Origin: Candidatus Limnocylindria bacterium
GTDB taxonomy: Bacteria > Chloroflexota > Limnocylindria > P2-11E
Length of the DNA stretch: 64,000 nt
Assembly (NCBI GenBank): GCA_036002305.1
Contig: DASYTL010000035.1
Span: 149,444-213,443 of the forward strand
Direction of reading: 5' to 3'
Shown here: piece after piece, positions 18,874 through 27,651 of the stretch
Layout: each line of letters opens with the position of its first letter
Numbering within the stretch: position 1 is the stretch's first letter
Notes under the pieces: model-generated
The model's database searches: none
Seen by the model: the letters and a program-made list of their open reading frames with translations, nothing else
Told to the model about the DNA's origin: nothing
Translations under genes and position numbers: made by a program

Positions 18874-19492
18874 AGAGCGTTATCTGCTCGGCGGGCTTCT
18901 TCTCCACCTCCGGCTGCTTCGCCGGGGCCGGTGTCGCGAGGAAGAGCGCGAGCGCCGCGAAGTCGGCGTGCAGCGCCTCGCGCAGCGCGGGTTGATGGAG
19001 CGCGGCTGCGGGATGGTAGACGGGAAAGATCACGAGGCCGTCCGCGCTCTTGCGGGGTTTTCCGTGGATCCGCGAGATCGACTCGCCCGGGAAGAACTTC
19101 CCCATCGCGTGGCGCCCGAGGGTGACGATCACGCGGGGCCGGAGGACATCGAGATGGCGGCGCAACCAGATATCGCAGGCCGCGATCTCCTCGGGAAGCG
19201 GGTCGCGATTCTCCGGCGGGCGGTGGCGCACCACGTTCGTGATGAACACCTTCCGGCGGTCGAGCCCGATGCCGGCGAGCAGCTCGTCCAGGAACTGCCC
19301 GGCAGCGCCGACGAATGGCTTGCCCTGAAGGTCCTCGTGGTAGCCGGGCGCCTCACCCAGGAAGAAGATCCCGGACTCGGCCGAGCCATCCCCGGGGACG
19401 GCCTGCCGGGCGCTGCGGTGAAGCGGGCAGGCGGTGCAGGCACGGATCTCGTCGGCGACGAGCCGCAGGTCCGCGTGCGAAGCGTCCCGCAT
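18866..19492 (-). CDS. uracil-DNA glycosylase, family 4
   Basis: CTACPL, GEAPGYHEDLQGKPFVGAAGQFLD, HPAAAL. Confidence 0.88.
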   Translation of the reverse strand: MRDASHADLRLVADEIRACTACPLHRSARQAVPGDGSAESGIFFLGEAPGYHEDLQGKPFVGAAGQFLDELLAGIGLDRRKVFITNVVRHRPPENRDPLPEEIAACDIWLRRHLDVLRPRVIVTLGRHAMGKFFPGESISRIHGKPRKSADGLVIFPVYHPAAALHQPALREALHADFAALALFLATPAPAKQPEVEKKPAEQITLFG

Positions 19493-19500
19493 CGGGCTGA

Positions 19501-20217
19501 TTATGCGGCGGCGAGAGGCTTCAGAGGAGCCTTTCGAGCGAGATACACGACATCGGTGTACGGCCGGCGCGGCATGTCCTCGACCTCGACGACGAAACCC
19601 GCCCGCTCGAACATCGCGACCGCCTCGTCGCGAGAAGGGAAGTAGAAGCGCTCGTGCCCGCCTCGGGTGAACCCGAGGCCCACGGTCACCAGCTCCTGCG
19701 CGTACGTGATCGCGTAGCGCGGGTCGGTCCGCCGCTCCTGAGCCTTCACGATCATGGGGCCGCCCTCACCGAGCGCGGACGCGGCGTTGCGCAGCACCTG
19801 CTCCTGCTGGTCGAACGGCAGCAGGTAGAGCACGTCGACGATGGTGACGGCATCGCAGTGCGGTGGCGGGTCTTTCACGATGTCCCCCACCTCGAACCGA
19901 AGCCACTGGGTGTCCCGGATCGCGCTTCGCGCGACCTCGATCTTGCGCTCGTCGAGGTCGATACCCACGACGCGCCGGGTATCGGCAGCTTCGCGCAGCA
20001 GGCAGGCGAACAGCCCATGCCCGCAGCCGAGGTCAACGATGAAGCCCTTCTTGGGCACGAAGCGCTCGACGAACGCGAGATCGGATAGGAACGCGCGGCC
20101 GTGGACGAACAGGCGCGCGCCGAAGGGCGCCGAGCGGTACCGATGAACCGCGCGGCCCAGTGCCGCACGTCCGGACGGCGGGGGGTTCGAGGGGGGCGGA
20201 GGCCCCATCGACCGCAT
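19501..20217 (-). CDS. class I SAM-dependent methyltransferase
   Basis: IVDLGCGHGLFA motif I, VVGIDLD motif II. Confidence 0.75.
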   Translation of the reverse strand: MRSMGPPPPSNPPPSGRAALGRAVHRYRSAPFGARLFVHGRAFLSDLAFVERFVPKKGFIVDLGCGHGLFACLLREAADTRRVVGIDLDERKIEVARSAIRDTQWLRFEVGDIVKDPPPHCDAVTIVDVLYLLPFDQQEQVLRNAASALGEGGPMIVKAQERRTDPRYAITYAQELVTVGLGFTRGGHERFYFPSRDEAVAMFERAGFVVEVEDMPRRPYTDVVYLARKAPLKPLAAA

Positions 20218-21011
20218 CAGGGCACACGCCAGCGAACGCCGTCGCTGCCAAGGGCCGTTCGCAGGAGCGGATCGGTCAGGATCGCGAGGTCACGCGGCCG
20301 TTCGGCGACGAGCGTGTCGGCTTCGAGCAGCTCGTCGTCGACGTACCCCGGATGCGCTCCGAGCTCCCCCACTCCGCCGTACGCCGCGAGCAGCGCCACA
20401 CCCGGGGCGTCCAGGCGTGGCCGCTGCGACGTGAGATCCACGTACCAGCGGTTGCCGCCGATGCCGCGGTACGCGAGCGCCGACGCGAACGTCGCGGCCC
20501 GCAGCGCGGCTTCCTTCGCGCCGGTCCAGACCCGCGGGGAACGAGCCCGGCGGATCCAGCGAACGCCGTGCTCACGGGCGAGGCCGCCGACGACGCGGGC
20601 GACCGGGGGCATCAGGTGGACGTGCCGGTGCGAATCCCAGGCCAGCGGGACGAGGCCCCACGAGCGCGCCAGGGCCGCCTGAGCGCGGACCTCGGCGGCC
20701 ACCTCGCCCGCGCGTACGCGGCCCGTGACCAGGCGGCGGGTGAGCCCGGCGAGCCCCAAGAAGCGGCCCTCGCCGTCGCAAAGGCTGGCCACGTCCGCTG
20801 GATCGTTCACCGGCCGCCCGCCGACGAGGTCGATGTGCAGCCCGACCTCGAGCTCGGGCTGGGTCCGCGCCAGCGCGGCGCCCTCGGCGGAAGAGTCGAA
20901 CGTGACGATGAGAGAGGCCGAGCGCACGATCCCGCCCCGGTGCGCCTCGATCACGCCTCGGGTGACCGCCGGCGAGAGGCCGAGATCGTCCGCCGTGACG
21001 ACCAGCGTCAT
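20217..21011 (-). CDS. ChbG/HpnK (YdjC) family carbohydrate deacetylase
   Basis: LVVTADDLGLSPAVTRGVIEAHRGGIVRSASL, DSHRHVH, ELGAHPG. ATG overlaps the GT2 stop (ATGA). Confidence 0.8.
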   Translation of the reverse strand: MTLVVTADDLGLSPAVTRGVIEAHRGGIVRSASLIVTFDSSAEGAALARTQPELEVGLHIDLVGGRPVNDPADVASLCDGEGRFLGLAGLTRRLVTGRVRAGEVAAEVRAQAALARSWGLVPLAWDSHRHVHLMPPVARVVGGLAREHGVRWIRRARSPRVWTGAKEAALRAATFASALAYRGIGGNRWYVDLTSQRPRLDAPGVALLAAYGGVGELGAHPGYVDDELLEADTLVAERPRDLAILTDPLLRTALGSDGVRWRVP

Positions 21012-21730
21012 CGTCCGTACACCCCCCGCAGCGAGTTCAGCCGGATGGCGAAGAGATCGCGGAACATCCGCGGCGCGTCCGCGAGGAAGTCGATACGGGT
21101 CTCGTTGTGCTGCCGGAGCGCGAAGGGGATCTCGCGCACGCGATAGCCGGCGCGGCGTGCGAGGAAGAGCACCTCCGCATCGAACGCGAATCCGTCGAGG
21201 CGCTGGCGGCCGAACAGGTCCTTGGCCGCCTCGGCGGTGTACATCTTCCCCCCGCACTGGGTGTCGCGGATGTCGGTGGGGACGAGCAGGTGCACCGCCG
21301 CGCGGTAGACGTCGCCCATGACGCGTCGCCACCATGGGCGGTCCACCACGGAGCCGGGAACGTAGCGCGACGCGATCGCGATGTCGGCGCCGGTGTCGAG
21401 CGCGTCCACGAACACGTCGATGATCTCGACGGGGATGGTGAGGTCGGCGTCAAGGAACGCGATCGGGTCCCCGCTCGCGGCATTGATTCCCGCGCGCACG
21501 GCGGCGCCCTTGCCGCGGTGCGGCAGCCGGAGCACTTTGAAGGTCAGGCTCGTATGGCCGTGCGCGATCTTCGCGCGGTGGAAGAGCTCCGCAGTCGCAT
21601 CGCTCGATCCGTCGTCGGCGAGGATGATCTCCGCCGCGAGATCGCGGTCGTGAAAGAACGCGGCGCACCGCGCGAGGCTCGCCTCGATGCGGCGAGCCTC
21701 GTTGAAGGCCGGTAGGACGAGGCTAAGGAT
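21008..21730 (-). CDS. family 2 glycosyltransferase (polyprenyl-phosphate glycosyltransferase-like)
   Basis: LSLVLPAFNE, ILADDGSSD, FLDADL, RDTQCGGK. The conserved N-terminus lies upstream of the first canonical start (GTG 21535), so the proposed start is ATC at 21730. Confidence 0.8.
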   Translation of the reverse strand: MLSLVLPAFNEARRIEASLARCAAFFHDRDLAAEIILADDGSSDATAELFHRAKIAHGHTSLTFKVLRLPHRGKGAAVRAGINAASGDPIAFLDADLTIPVEIIDVFVDALDTGADIAIASRYVPGSVVDRPWWRRVMGDVYRAAVHLLVPTDIRDTQCGGKMYTAEAAKDLFGRQRLDGFAFDAEVLFLARRAGYRVREIPFALRQHNETRIDFLADAPRMFRDLFAIRLNSLRGVYGR

Positions 21731-21733
21731 CCG

Positions 21734-23965
21734 CTAGCCGCGCGGCGGGCCGCCGCGCCGGAAGCCGCCTCCCCCACCCGGTCCGCGCCGTGGACCGCCG
21801 CCCCGCTCATCGCGCTCGCGATAGCGCTCGCGCTCGGCGCGCTGCCGCGTCTCATAGTCGTTGCCGTCTTCGGTCACCGCCCGCATCGATAGGTTCACCC
21901 GGCCCATGCGGTCGACCTCGGCCACCTTGACCTTCACCTTGTCGCCCACATTCACGACGTCCTCGACGCGGTTCACGCGCTCGGGGGTGATCTCGCTGAC
22001 GCGCACGAGCCCTTCCTTGCCCGGCAGGTACTCGACGAACGCGCCGATGCTCATGATCCGCGTGACCTTGCCGTCGTAGATCTCGCCGACCTCGGGCTCC
22101 TTGGTAAGCCCCTCGATCATCGCGCGCGCTTTCTCACGGCCTTCTGCCTTCGCCCCGGTGATGCGGACCGTGCCGTCGTCCTCGAGCTCGATCGTCGTTC
22201 CGGTCTCGGCCTGGATCGCCCGGACCATCTTGCCACCGGGACCGATGACCTCGCGCACCTTGTCGGGCTGGATCTTGATCGTCTCGATGCGCGGGGCCCA
22301 GCGCGAGAGCTCCGGTCGCGGCCGGTCGAGCACATCGCGCATCGCGTTCAGGATGAAGAGCCGGCCCTCGCGGGCCTGCTGGAGCGCATCGCCGAAGATC
22401 TGGGTCGAGAGCCCGCGGACCTTGATGTCCAGCTGGATGGCGGTGATGCCTTTTTCCGACCCCGTGACCTTGAAGTCCATGTCGCCGTAGTTGTCTTCCA
22501 TCCCCTGGATGTCCGTGAGGAGCTTGTATTGGCCGCCCTCGCCGGTCACGAGACCGATCGAGATGCCGCCGATCATCGCCTTGATTGGCACGCCCGCGTC
22601 CATCAGCGAGAGCGTCGCTCCGCAGGTCGCGGCCATGGACGTCGATCCGTTCGAGCTCAGGGTCTCGGAGACCACGCGGATCGTGTAGGGGAACTCTTCC
22701 TTCGACGGGATCAGCGGCAGGAGCGCACGCTCCGCGAGCGCGCCGTGACCGATCTCGCGGCGGCCCGCGCCGCGCAGTGGCCGGACCTCTCCGACCGAGT
22801 ACGGCGGGAAGTTGTAGTGATGCATGAAGCGCTTCGACTCGACCGGCGAGAGCGTGTCGATGATCTGCTCGTCGCCCGACGGGCCGAGCGTGGTGATCGA
22901 GAGGACCTGCGTCTGGCCCCGCGCGAAGAGCGCCGAGCCGTGGGTCCGCGGGAGGACGCCGACCTCGATGTGCAGCGGACGGATGTCCTTGAGACCGCGA
23001 CCGTCAGGCCGGATCCCCTCCTCGAGGATGGCGCGCCGCAGCTCGGTCTTCAGGACCTCGTCGAACACGAGGCCGACGTCCGACTCGGTGATGTCGTCGC
23101 CGCCCGGCGCGGCCGCCTCGGCGACGAGGGCGGCGATCGTCTCGCGCTTGAGCTCCTCGAGGCCCTGCTCGCGCTGGGCCTTGTCGGGATTGCGGACCTT
23201 CGCGCGGATCTTGTCTGCGAGGAAAGCCGCGATCCGCTCCTTCTTGTCATGGTCGACCTTCTCCGGGGTCCACGCCATCTTGGGCTTGCCCGCGGCGGCG
23301 ACCAGCGCCTCCTGCGCGTCGATGATGGCGACGATGGCGGTCTGCGCGAGCTTGAGGGCCTCCATCATCAGGTCCTCGCTCACCTGGTTCGCTCCGGCCT
23401 CGACCATCATGATCGCGTCGCGCGTGCCGGCGACGACGAGATCGATTTCGCTCTTCTCGAGCTCCTGGATGGTCGGCATGAGCGTCAGCTTTCCGTCGAC
23501 GGTGCCGACGCGCACCGCAGCGATCGGCCCTTCGAAGGGCGCGGGCGAGATGGCGAGCGCGGCGGACGCCGCGTTCACCGCGAGGATGTCGGGTTCGTTC
23601 TCCTGGTCCGCGCTGAGCGGCGTGACGACGACCTGCACGTCGTTGCGGAAGGCCTTTGGGAAGAGCGGGCGGATGGGCCGGTCGGTGAGGCGCGCCGTCA
23701 GGATGCCTTCCTCGGAGGGGCGGCCCTCCCGCCGTGGGAACGAGCCCGGGATCTTCCCGGCGGCGTAGAGACGCTCCTCGAAGTCGATGGTGAGCGGGAA
23801 GAAGTCGATGCCCGGTCGCGTGGTCGGCGAGACCGTGGCGGCCGCGAGAACGAGGGTGTCCCCGTAGCGGACGGTGACCGCGCCTCCGGCCTGCTCGGCG
23901 AGCTTGCCCGTCTCGAAAACGAGCGGCTTTCCGTTGATGACGGCCTGGGATCTGGTGACTGCCAT
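21734..23965 (-). CDS. pnp: polyribonucleotide nucleotidyltransferase (PNPase)
   Basis: Two RNase PH domains, KH and S1 domains, and a Gly/Arg-rich tail. Confidence 0.95.
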   Translation of the reverse strand: MAVTRSQAVINGKPLVFETGKLAEQAGGAVTVRYGDTLVLAAATVSPTTRPGIDFFPLTIDFEERLYAAGKIPGSFPRREGRPSEEGILTARLTDRPIRPLFPKAFRNDVQVVVTPLSADQENEPDILAVNAASAALAISPAPFEGPIAAVRVGTVDGKLTLMPTIQELEKSEIDLVVAGTRDAIMMVEAGANQVSEDLMMEALKLAQTAIVAIIDAQEALVAAAGKPKMAWTPEKVDHDKKERIAAFLADKIRAKVRNPDKAQREQGLEELKRETIAALVAEAAAPGGDDITESDVGLVFDEVLKTELRRAILEEGIRPDGRGLKDIRPLHIEVGVLPRTHGSALFARGQTQVLSITTLGPSGDEQIIDTLSPVESKRFMHHYNFPPYSVGEVRPLRGAGRREIGHGALAERALLPLIPSKEEFPYTIRVVSETLSSNGSTSMAATCGATLSLMDAGVPIKAMIGGISIGLVTGEGGQYKLLTDIQGMEDNYGDMDFKVTGSEKGITAIQLDIKVRGLSTQIFGDALQQAREGRLFILNAMRDVLDRPRPELSRWAPRIETIKIQPDKVREVIGPGGKMVRAIQAETGTTIELEDDGTVRITGAKAEGREKARAMIEGLTKEPEVGEIYDGKVTRIMSIGAFVEYLPGKEGLVRVSEITPERVNRVEDVVNVGDKVKVKVAEVDRMGRVNLSMRAVTEDGNDYETRQRAERERYRERDERGGGPRRGPGGGGGFRRGGPPRG

Positions 23966-23991
23966 GTGCTGTTGTTCTCTCGGGTGCCTAT

Positions 23992-24018
23992 GAAAAGACC
24001 CAGGGATGTCCCTGGGTC
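23992..24018 (-). terminator. hairpin plus U-tract between rpsO and pnp (terminator / pnp-leader processing hairpin)
   Basis: RNA sense GACCCAGGGA-CA-UCCCUGGGUC followed by UUUUCA. Confidence 0.6.
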
Positions 24019-24039
24019 GTCCGCTCTACGCGGGCGGTC

Positions 24040-24312
24040 TCACCGTCTCAGACCGAGTCGCCCGATGACTTCCTGGTAGCGCTCCGGGCTCCTTCGGTGC
24101 AGGTAGGCGAGCAGCCGTCGGCGTTGACCGACCATGCTGAGCAGCCCGCGCCGGCTGGCGTTGTCGTGGCGCGCGGTGCGCAGATGCTCGGTGAGGTGCT
24201 TGATCCGCTCCGTCAGGAGCGCGATCTGGATCTCCGGCGAGCCGGTGTCCTTCTCACCGCGGCGGTACGCCGCGATGACCTCGTTCTTCTTGGGAAGCGT
24301 CGCTGACGGCAC
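24040..24312 (-). CDS. rpsO: 30S ribosomal protein S15
   Basis: 90 aa, [42 protein letters not shown] 24312 preceded by GAAAGGA. Confidence 0.93.
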   Translation of the reverse strand: MPSATLPKKNEVIAAYRRGEKDTGSPEIQIALLTERIKHLTEHLRTARHDNASRRGLLSMVGQRRRLLAYLHRRSPERYQEVIGRLGLRR

Positions 24313-24503
24313 CCGTTGTCCTTTCTGTGATCCTTTGGATCTCTTATTCGAGAGAAGTCTAACGGAAAGCACCGGCGGGACGAGCGCGCGCTGGCCAGAC
24401 CCCACAGTGAACGGTGACCACGGCGAGGGCGGGCGACTACGGTCGTCGGATGCATCAGCGCTCCGCGACCGGCGCCGACGCGCCTCACCGGTCGACCGCC
24501 CGG

Positions 24504-25168
24504 GTCCCGCGGTGCACGAGCACGCGGCACCCGGGCAACGTCGCGGTGCCGTTCTTCTCCGATCGCGCGCTCCTCGGCGCGGAGGACGAGGTGCGCGAGG
24601 CCTACTGCGCGTTCTCCCACATCGGGTGCGACGAGCAGATGTGGGATTTCGGCAAAGGAGGTCGACGAGCACGTCGTCGAGAAGCTCCACTCCAGCTACG
24701 CGCCATTCTTCGCCGATCGCCCCATCGGCGAGTCGGGCCTTCCTCACGCCACGCATGCCGAACCCCGCGCTCGAACCGACGCAAGCCAAGCTCGTCCTGG
24801 AGGCCCAGCACAGCCTGCCCAGGCATGCCGACATCGCCCGCGCGTTCCACGATCGCGAGCGGCCGCCCATCCTCGAGCTGATCTACCCGATGGCGACGTC
24901 GGCGCGCGACGTCGATCGCGTGCGCGAGTACTACGAGCGCTTCGTTGCCGGGATGGAGCACGCTGTTCTGGGCGGTGACGAGGGGCCGCTCGGGACATGG
25001 TTCGGACGCGCGAGAGTGTCGACCGCGCGCTCGCCATGGTCGGGGCGGTGGACGCGGACCTCCCCACCGGAGATCGCGCGCGCGGCGCGGGGCGCCAGCG
25101 GCCCCGGTGGTGCGCAGCTCGGTGAGCTCATCGTGCGCGCGGGCGCCATCCGCAGGTTCCTCGGCTGA
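24504..25168 (+). pseudogene. archaeal-type phosphoenolpyruvate carboxylase (PepcA-like) relic
   Basis: N-terminal family motifs are split over three frames: [27 protein letters not shown], then [17 protein letters not shown], then [12 protein letters not shown]...[13 protein letters not shown]...YYERF. Only about 220 codons remain out of an expected 500 or more. Confidence 0.7.
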
Positions 25169-25175
25169 GCCGCTC

Positions 25176-26423
25176 CTAGCCGCCGCCGGGCGGCGTCGCG
25201 AGCAGCTCCTCGGCGGCGAAGCCCTGGCCGCGGACGAGCGCCAGGACCGCGTCGGCGTGCGCCCGGTCACGCGTGTCGACGATGACGTCGAGTCCGACGC
25301 GGCCGAGGGCCGCGTACGGGCCGAGACGATGGATCCCGACGTGGAGGATGTTGATGTGCTCGCGGGCGAGGAGTCCGGTGAGCAGATGCAGCATTCCCGG
25401 CTTGTCGTCGAGCCAGGTCCGGAACGCGAGGTAGCGGCCGGCAGAGACGAGTCCCTGCTGCAGCGCCTTCGTCAGCAGGTTCGCGTCGATGTTCCCCCCG
25501 CTGATCACGACGCCGACCTTCCGGCCGCCCACGCGTCCGTCCGCCTCGAGCACGGCACCCAGGCCGGCCGCGCCGGCACCCTCCGCGAGGAGCTTCGCCC
25601 GCTCGAGCAGGACGACGATCGCGCGCGCGATCGCCTCGTCACTCACGGTGATGACGTCGTCGACGAGGCGCTTCACGATCGCCAGCGTCCGCTCGGCGGG
25701 TCGACGAACCGCGATCCCGTCGGCGATCGTCGCGGCGGGCCGCTCGACCACTTTGCCGGCCGCGAAGGAGTCGGCGAAAGCCGACGCGCCCGCCGCCTGG
25801 ACGCCGATGATCCGCGGCCGCGGCGATCGTGCCGCGGCGACGAGGGCGACGCCGGCGATGAGCCCGCCGCCGCCGACCGGAACGACGAGCGTGTCGACGT
25901 CGGGCACGTCCTCGAGGAGCTCGAGCGCGAGCGTTCCCTGCCCCGCGATCACGTCGTCGTCGTCGAACGCGTGCACGTACGCGCGCCGCTTCTCGCGTGC
26001 GAGCTCGAGCGCCGTCGCCTGCGCCTCGTCGTAGCTCTCGCCGGAGAGGACCGTCTCCGCCCCGGTTCGCTGGATCGCGATGAGCTTCGCGAGCGAGACG
26101 CCCTGCGGGAGGACGACGGTGGCCGGCACGCCGACCAGCTGCGCCGCGTACGCGATCCCCTGCCCGTGGTTGCCGGCGGACGCGGTGACCACGCCGCTCG
26201 CCCGCTCGCGCGGGTCTCTCCGCATGAGCGCGTGGAGCGCGCCACGTATCTTGAACGCCCCGGTCTTCTGGAGGTTCTCGAGCTTGAGGTAGACCTCGCG
26301 GCCCGACAGCGTCGAGAGCGCCTCCGAACGCTCGGTCGGGGTGCGGCGGATGTGGGGCGCGATGAGCCTCGCGGCGTCGACGACCGCCGCTTGGTCGAGC
26401 GATCGGGGCGTCACGACGCTCAT
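25176..26423 (-). CDS. ilvA: threonine ammonia-lyase (threonine dehydratase) with C-terminal ACT-like domain
   Basis: LKLENLQKTGAFKIRGA (PLP Lys), SAGNHGQG, VPVGGGGLIAG. Confidence 0.9.
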   Translation of the reverse strand: MSVVTPRSLDQAAVVDAARLIAPHIRRTPTERSEALSTLSGREVYLKLENLQKTGAFKIRGALHALMRRDPRERASGVVTASAGNHGQGIAYAAQLVGVPATVVLPQGVSLAKLIAIQRTGAETVLSGESYDEAQATALELAREKRRAYVHAFDDDDVIAGQGTLALELLEDVPDVDTLVVPVGGGGLIAGVALVAAARSPRPRIIGVQAAGASAFADSFAAGKVVERPAATIADGIAVRRPAERTLAIVKRLVDDVITVSDEAIARAIVVLLERAKLLAEGAGAAGLGAVLEADGRVGGRKVGVVISGGNIDANLLTKALQQGLVSAGRYLAFRTWLDDKPGMLHLLTGLLAREHINILHVGIHRLGPYAALGRVGLDVIVDTRDRAHADAVLALVRGQGFAAEELLATPPGGG

Positions 26424-26430
26424 CGTGCCA

Positions 26431-27651
26431 TTACGCCAGCCGGTCGACCGCGCGTCTGAGGCGCCGGACCCCCTCGTCGATACGATCTGGCGACGGTCCG
26501 CTGATCGAGAAGCGGAAAGCGTTCGAGAGATCGCGGTCCACCGCGAACGCCGCGCCCGGCACGAACGCCACGCCTTCCGCGAGGGCGACGTCGAGGAGCA
26601 CCCGCGCGTCCACGTGTTCCGGCAGCCGGACCCAGAAATAGAAGCCGCCCGCGGGGTCATTCCAGGTCACCGCCGCGCCCGCGAGCTCGCGCGCCAGGGC
26701 CGTGCGCCCGCGGTCCTGCTTCTCGCGGTAGAGCGCGCGAAGCCGCTCGAGATGGGCGGCGACGCCGCCGCGGCGGTGGAACTCGATGACTATGCGCTGC
26801 GCGAGCGTGCCCGTGCTCGAGTCCATCGTCTGTTTCGCCTTCGCCATCCGGCCGATCGTCTCGGGATCCGCGACCACCCAGCCGACCCGTAGCCCGGGCA
26901 GGAACGTCTTCGAGAACGTACCGATCGAGACGACCCTCCTGTCCAGCGCGGCGAGCGGCGGGAGGTCCGGGCCCCGGTAGCGCAGCAGCGCGTACGGATC
27001 GTCCTCGACCACGATCGCCTCGTAGCCCGCCGCGAGGGCGAGTAGGGACTCTCGGCGCTCGAGCGACAGGGTCTCCCCCGAGGGATTGCTGAAGTTCGGC
27101 ACAACGAAGAACATCCGCGGCCGCGCGTTCGCGCGGCGGAGCAGGCGGGCGGCTTGCGCGACGTCGAGGCCATCGCCGTCGACAGGCGCCTCCAGGACCC
27201 GCGCGCCGTGATTGCGAAACGCCGACAGGGCGTTGGCGAAGCCCGGCGATTCCGCGACCACCACGTCGCCAGGCCGGAGGAAGACCCGGCACGCGAGATC
27301 GATCGCCTGCAACGCTCCGGCGCTGACGAGCACCTCCGCCGAAACGGCGCGGATGCCGCGTGCGCGAGCCTGATCCGCCACGAGCTCTCTGAGCTCGGGC
27401 TCGCCCTCGGTGATGCCGTAGCCGAGCGCGCTCGCACCCTGCGTCCGGATGACCGCGGCGGCGAGATCTTCCGCTCCGACGATGTCGAGCGCCTCGCGGG
27501 CAGGCGAGCCGACCGCGAAGGAGACGATGTCGCGTGTCTGGCGCGCGACGATCCCGATCGTCTCGTCGATGAAGGAGCCGAACACTTCGTGATCCGGGCG
27601 CGGCGCGACGCCTTCCTTCTCTTGCGCGCGCACTTGCCTGACGGTCGCCAT
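26431..27651 (-). CDS. PLP-dependent aminotransferase, class I/II (LysN / 2-aminoadipate aminotransferase-like)
   Basis: NFSNPSGETL, GTFSKTFLPGLRVGW (PLP Lys), FRFS. Confidence 0.85.
   Translation of the reverse strand: MATVRQVRAQEKEGVAPRPDHEVFGSFIDETIGIVARQTRDIVSFAVGSPAREALDIVGAEDLAAAVIRTQGASALGYGITEGEPELRELVADQARARGIRAVSAEVLVSAGALQAIDLACRVFLRPGDVVVAESPGFANALSAFRNHGARVLEAPVDGDGLDVAQAARLLRRANARPRMFFVVPNFSNPSGETLSLERRESLLALAAGYEAIVVEDDPYALLRYRGPDLPPLAALDRRVVSIGTFSKTFLPGLRVGWVVADPETIGRMAKAKQTMDSSTGTLAQRIVIEFHRRGGVAAHLERLRALYREKQDRGRTALARELAGAAVTWNDPAGGFYFWVRLPEHVDARVLLDVALAEGVAFVPGAAFAVDRDLSNAFRFSISGPSPDRIDEGVRRLRRAVDRLA

Noticed and set aside
21734-21736. TAG read-through or recoding. Three downstream genes (GT2, ribF, mpg) are in frame directly behind a TAG stop.
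   Set aside because: TAG is used as an ordinary terminator by many well-delimited genes here (asd, rnj, ftsK, hisD, ilvA and the MFS transporter). The implied fusions (PNPase-GT2, membrane protein-RibF, permease-Mpg) make no biological sense. Reinitiation at a near-cognate codon is the simpler explanation. In-frame placement has about a 1 in 3 chance each time.
24134-25168. A 344-aa plus-strand ORF treated as a real protein.
   Set aside because: Its first third is antisense to rpsO. Its last third is only one of three frames carrying PepcA-like motifs. I interpret it as a pseudogene relic plus a shadow frame.
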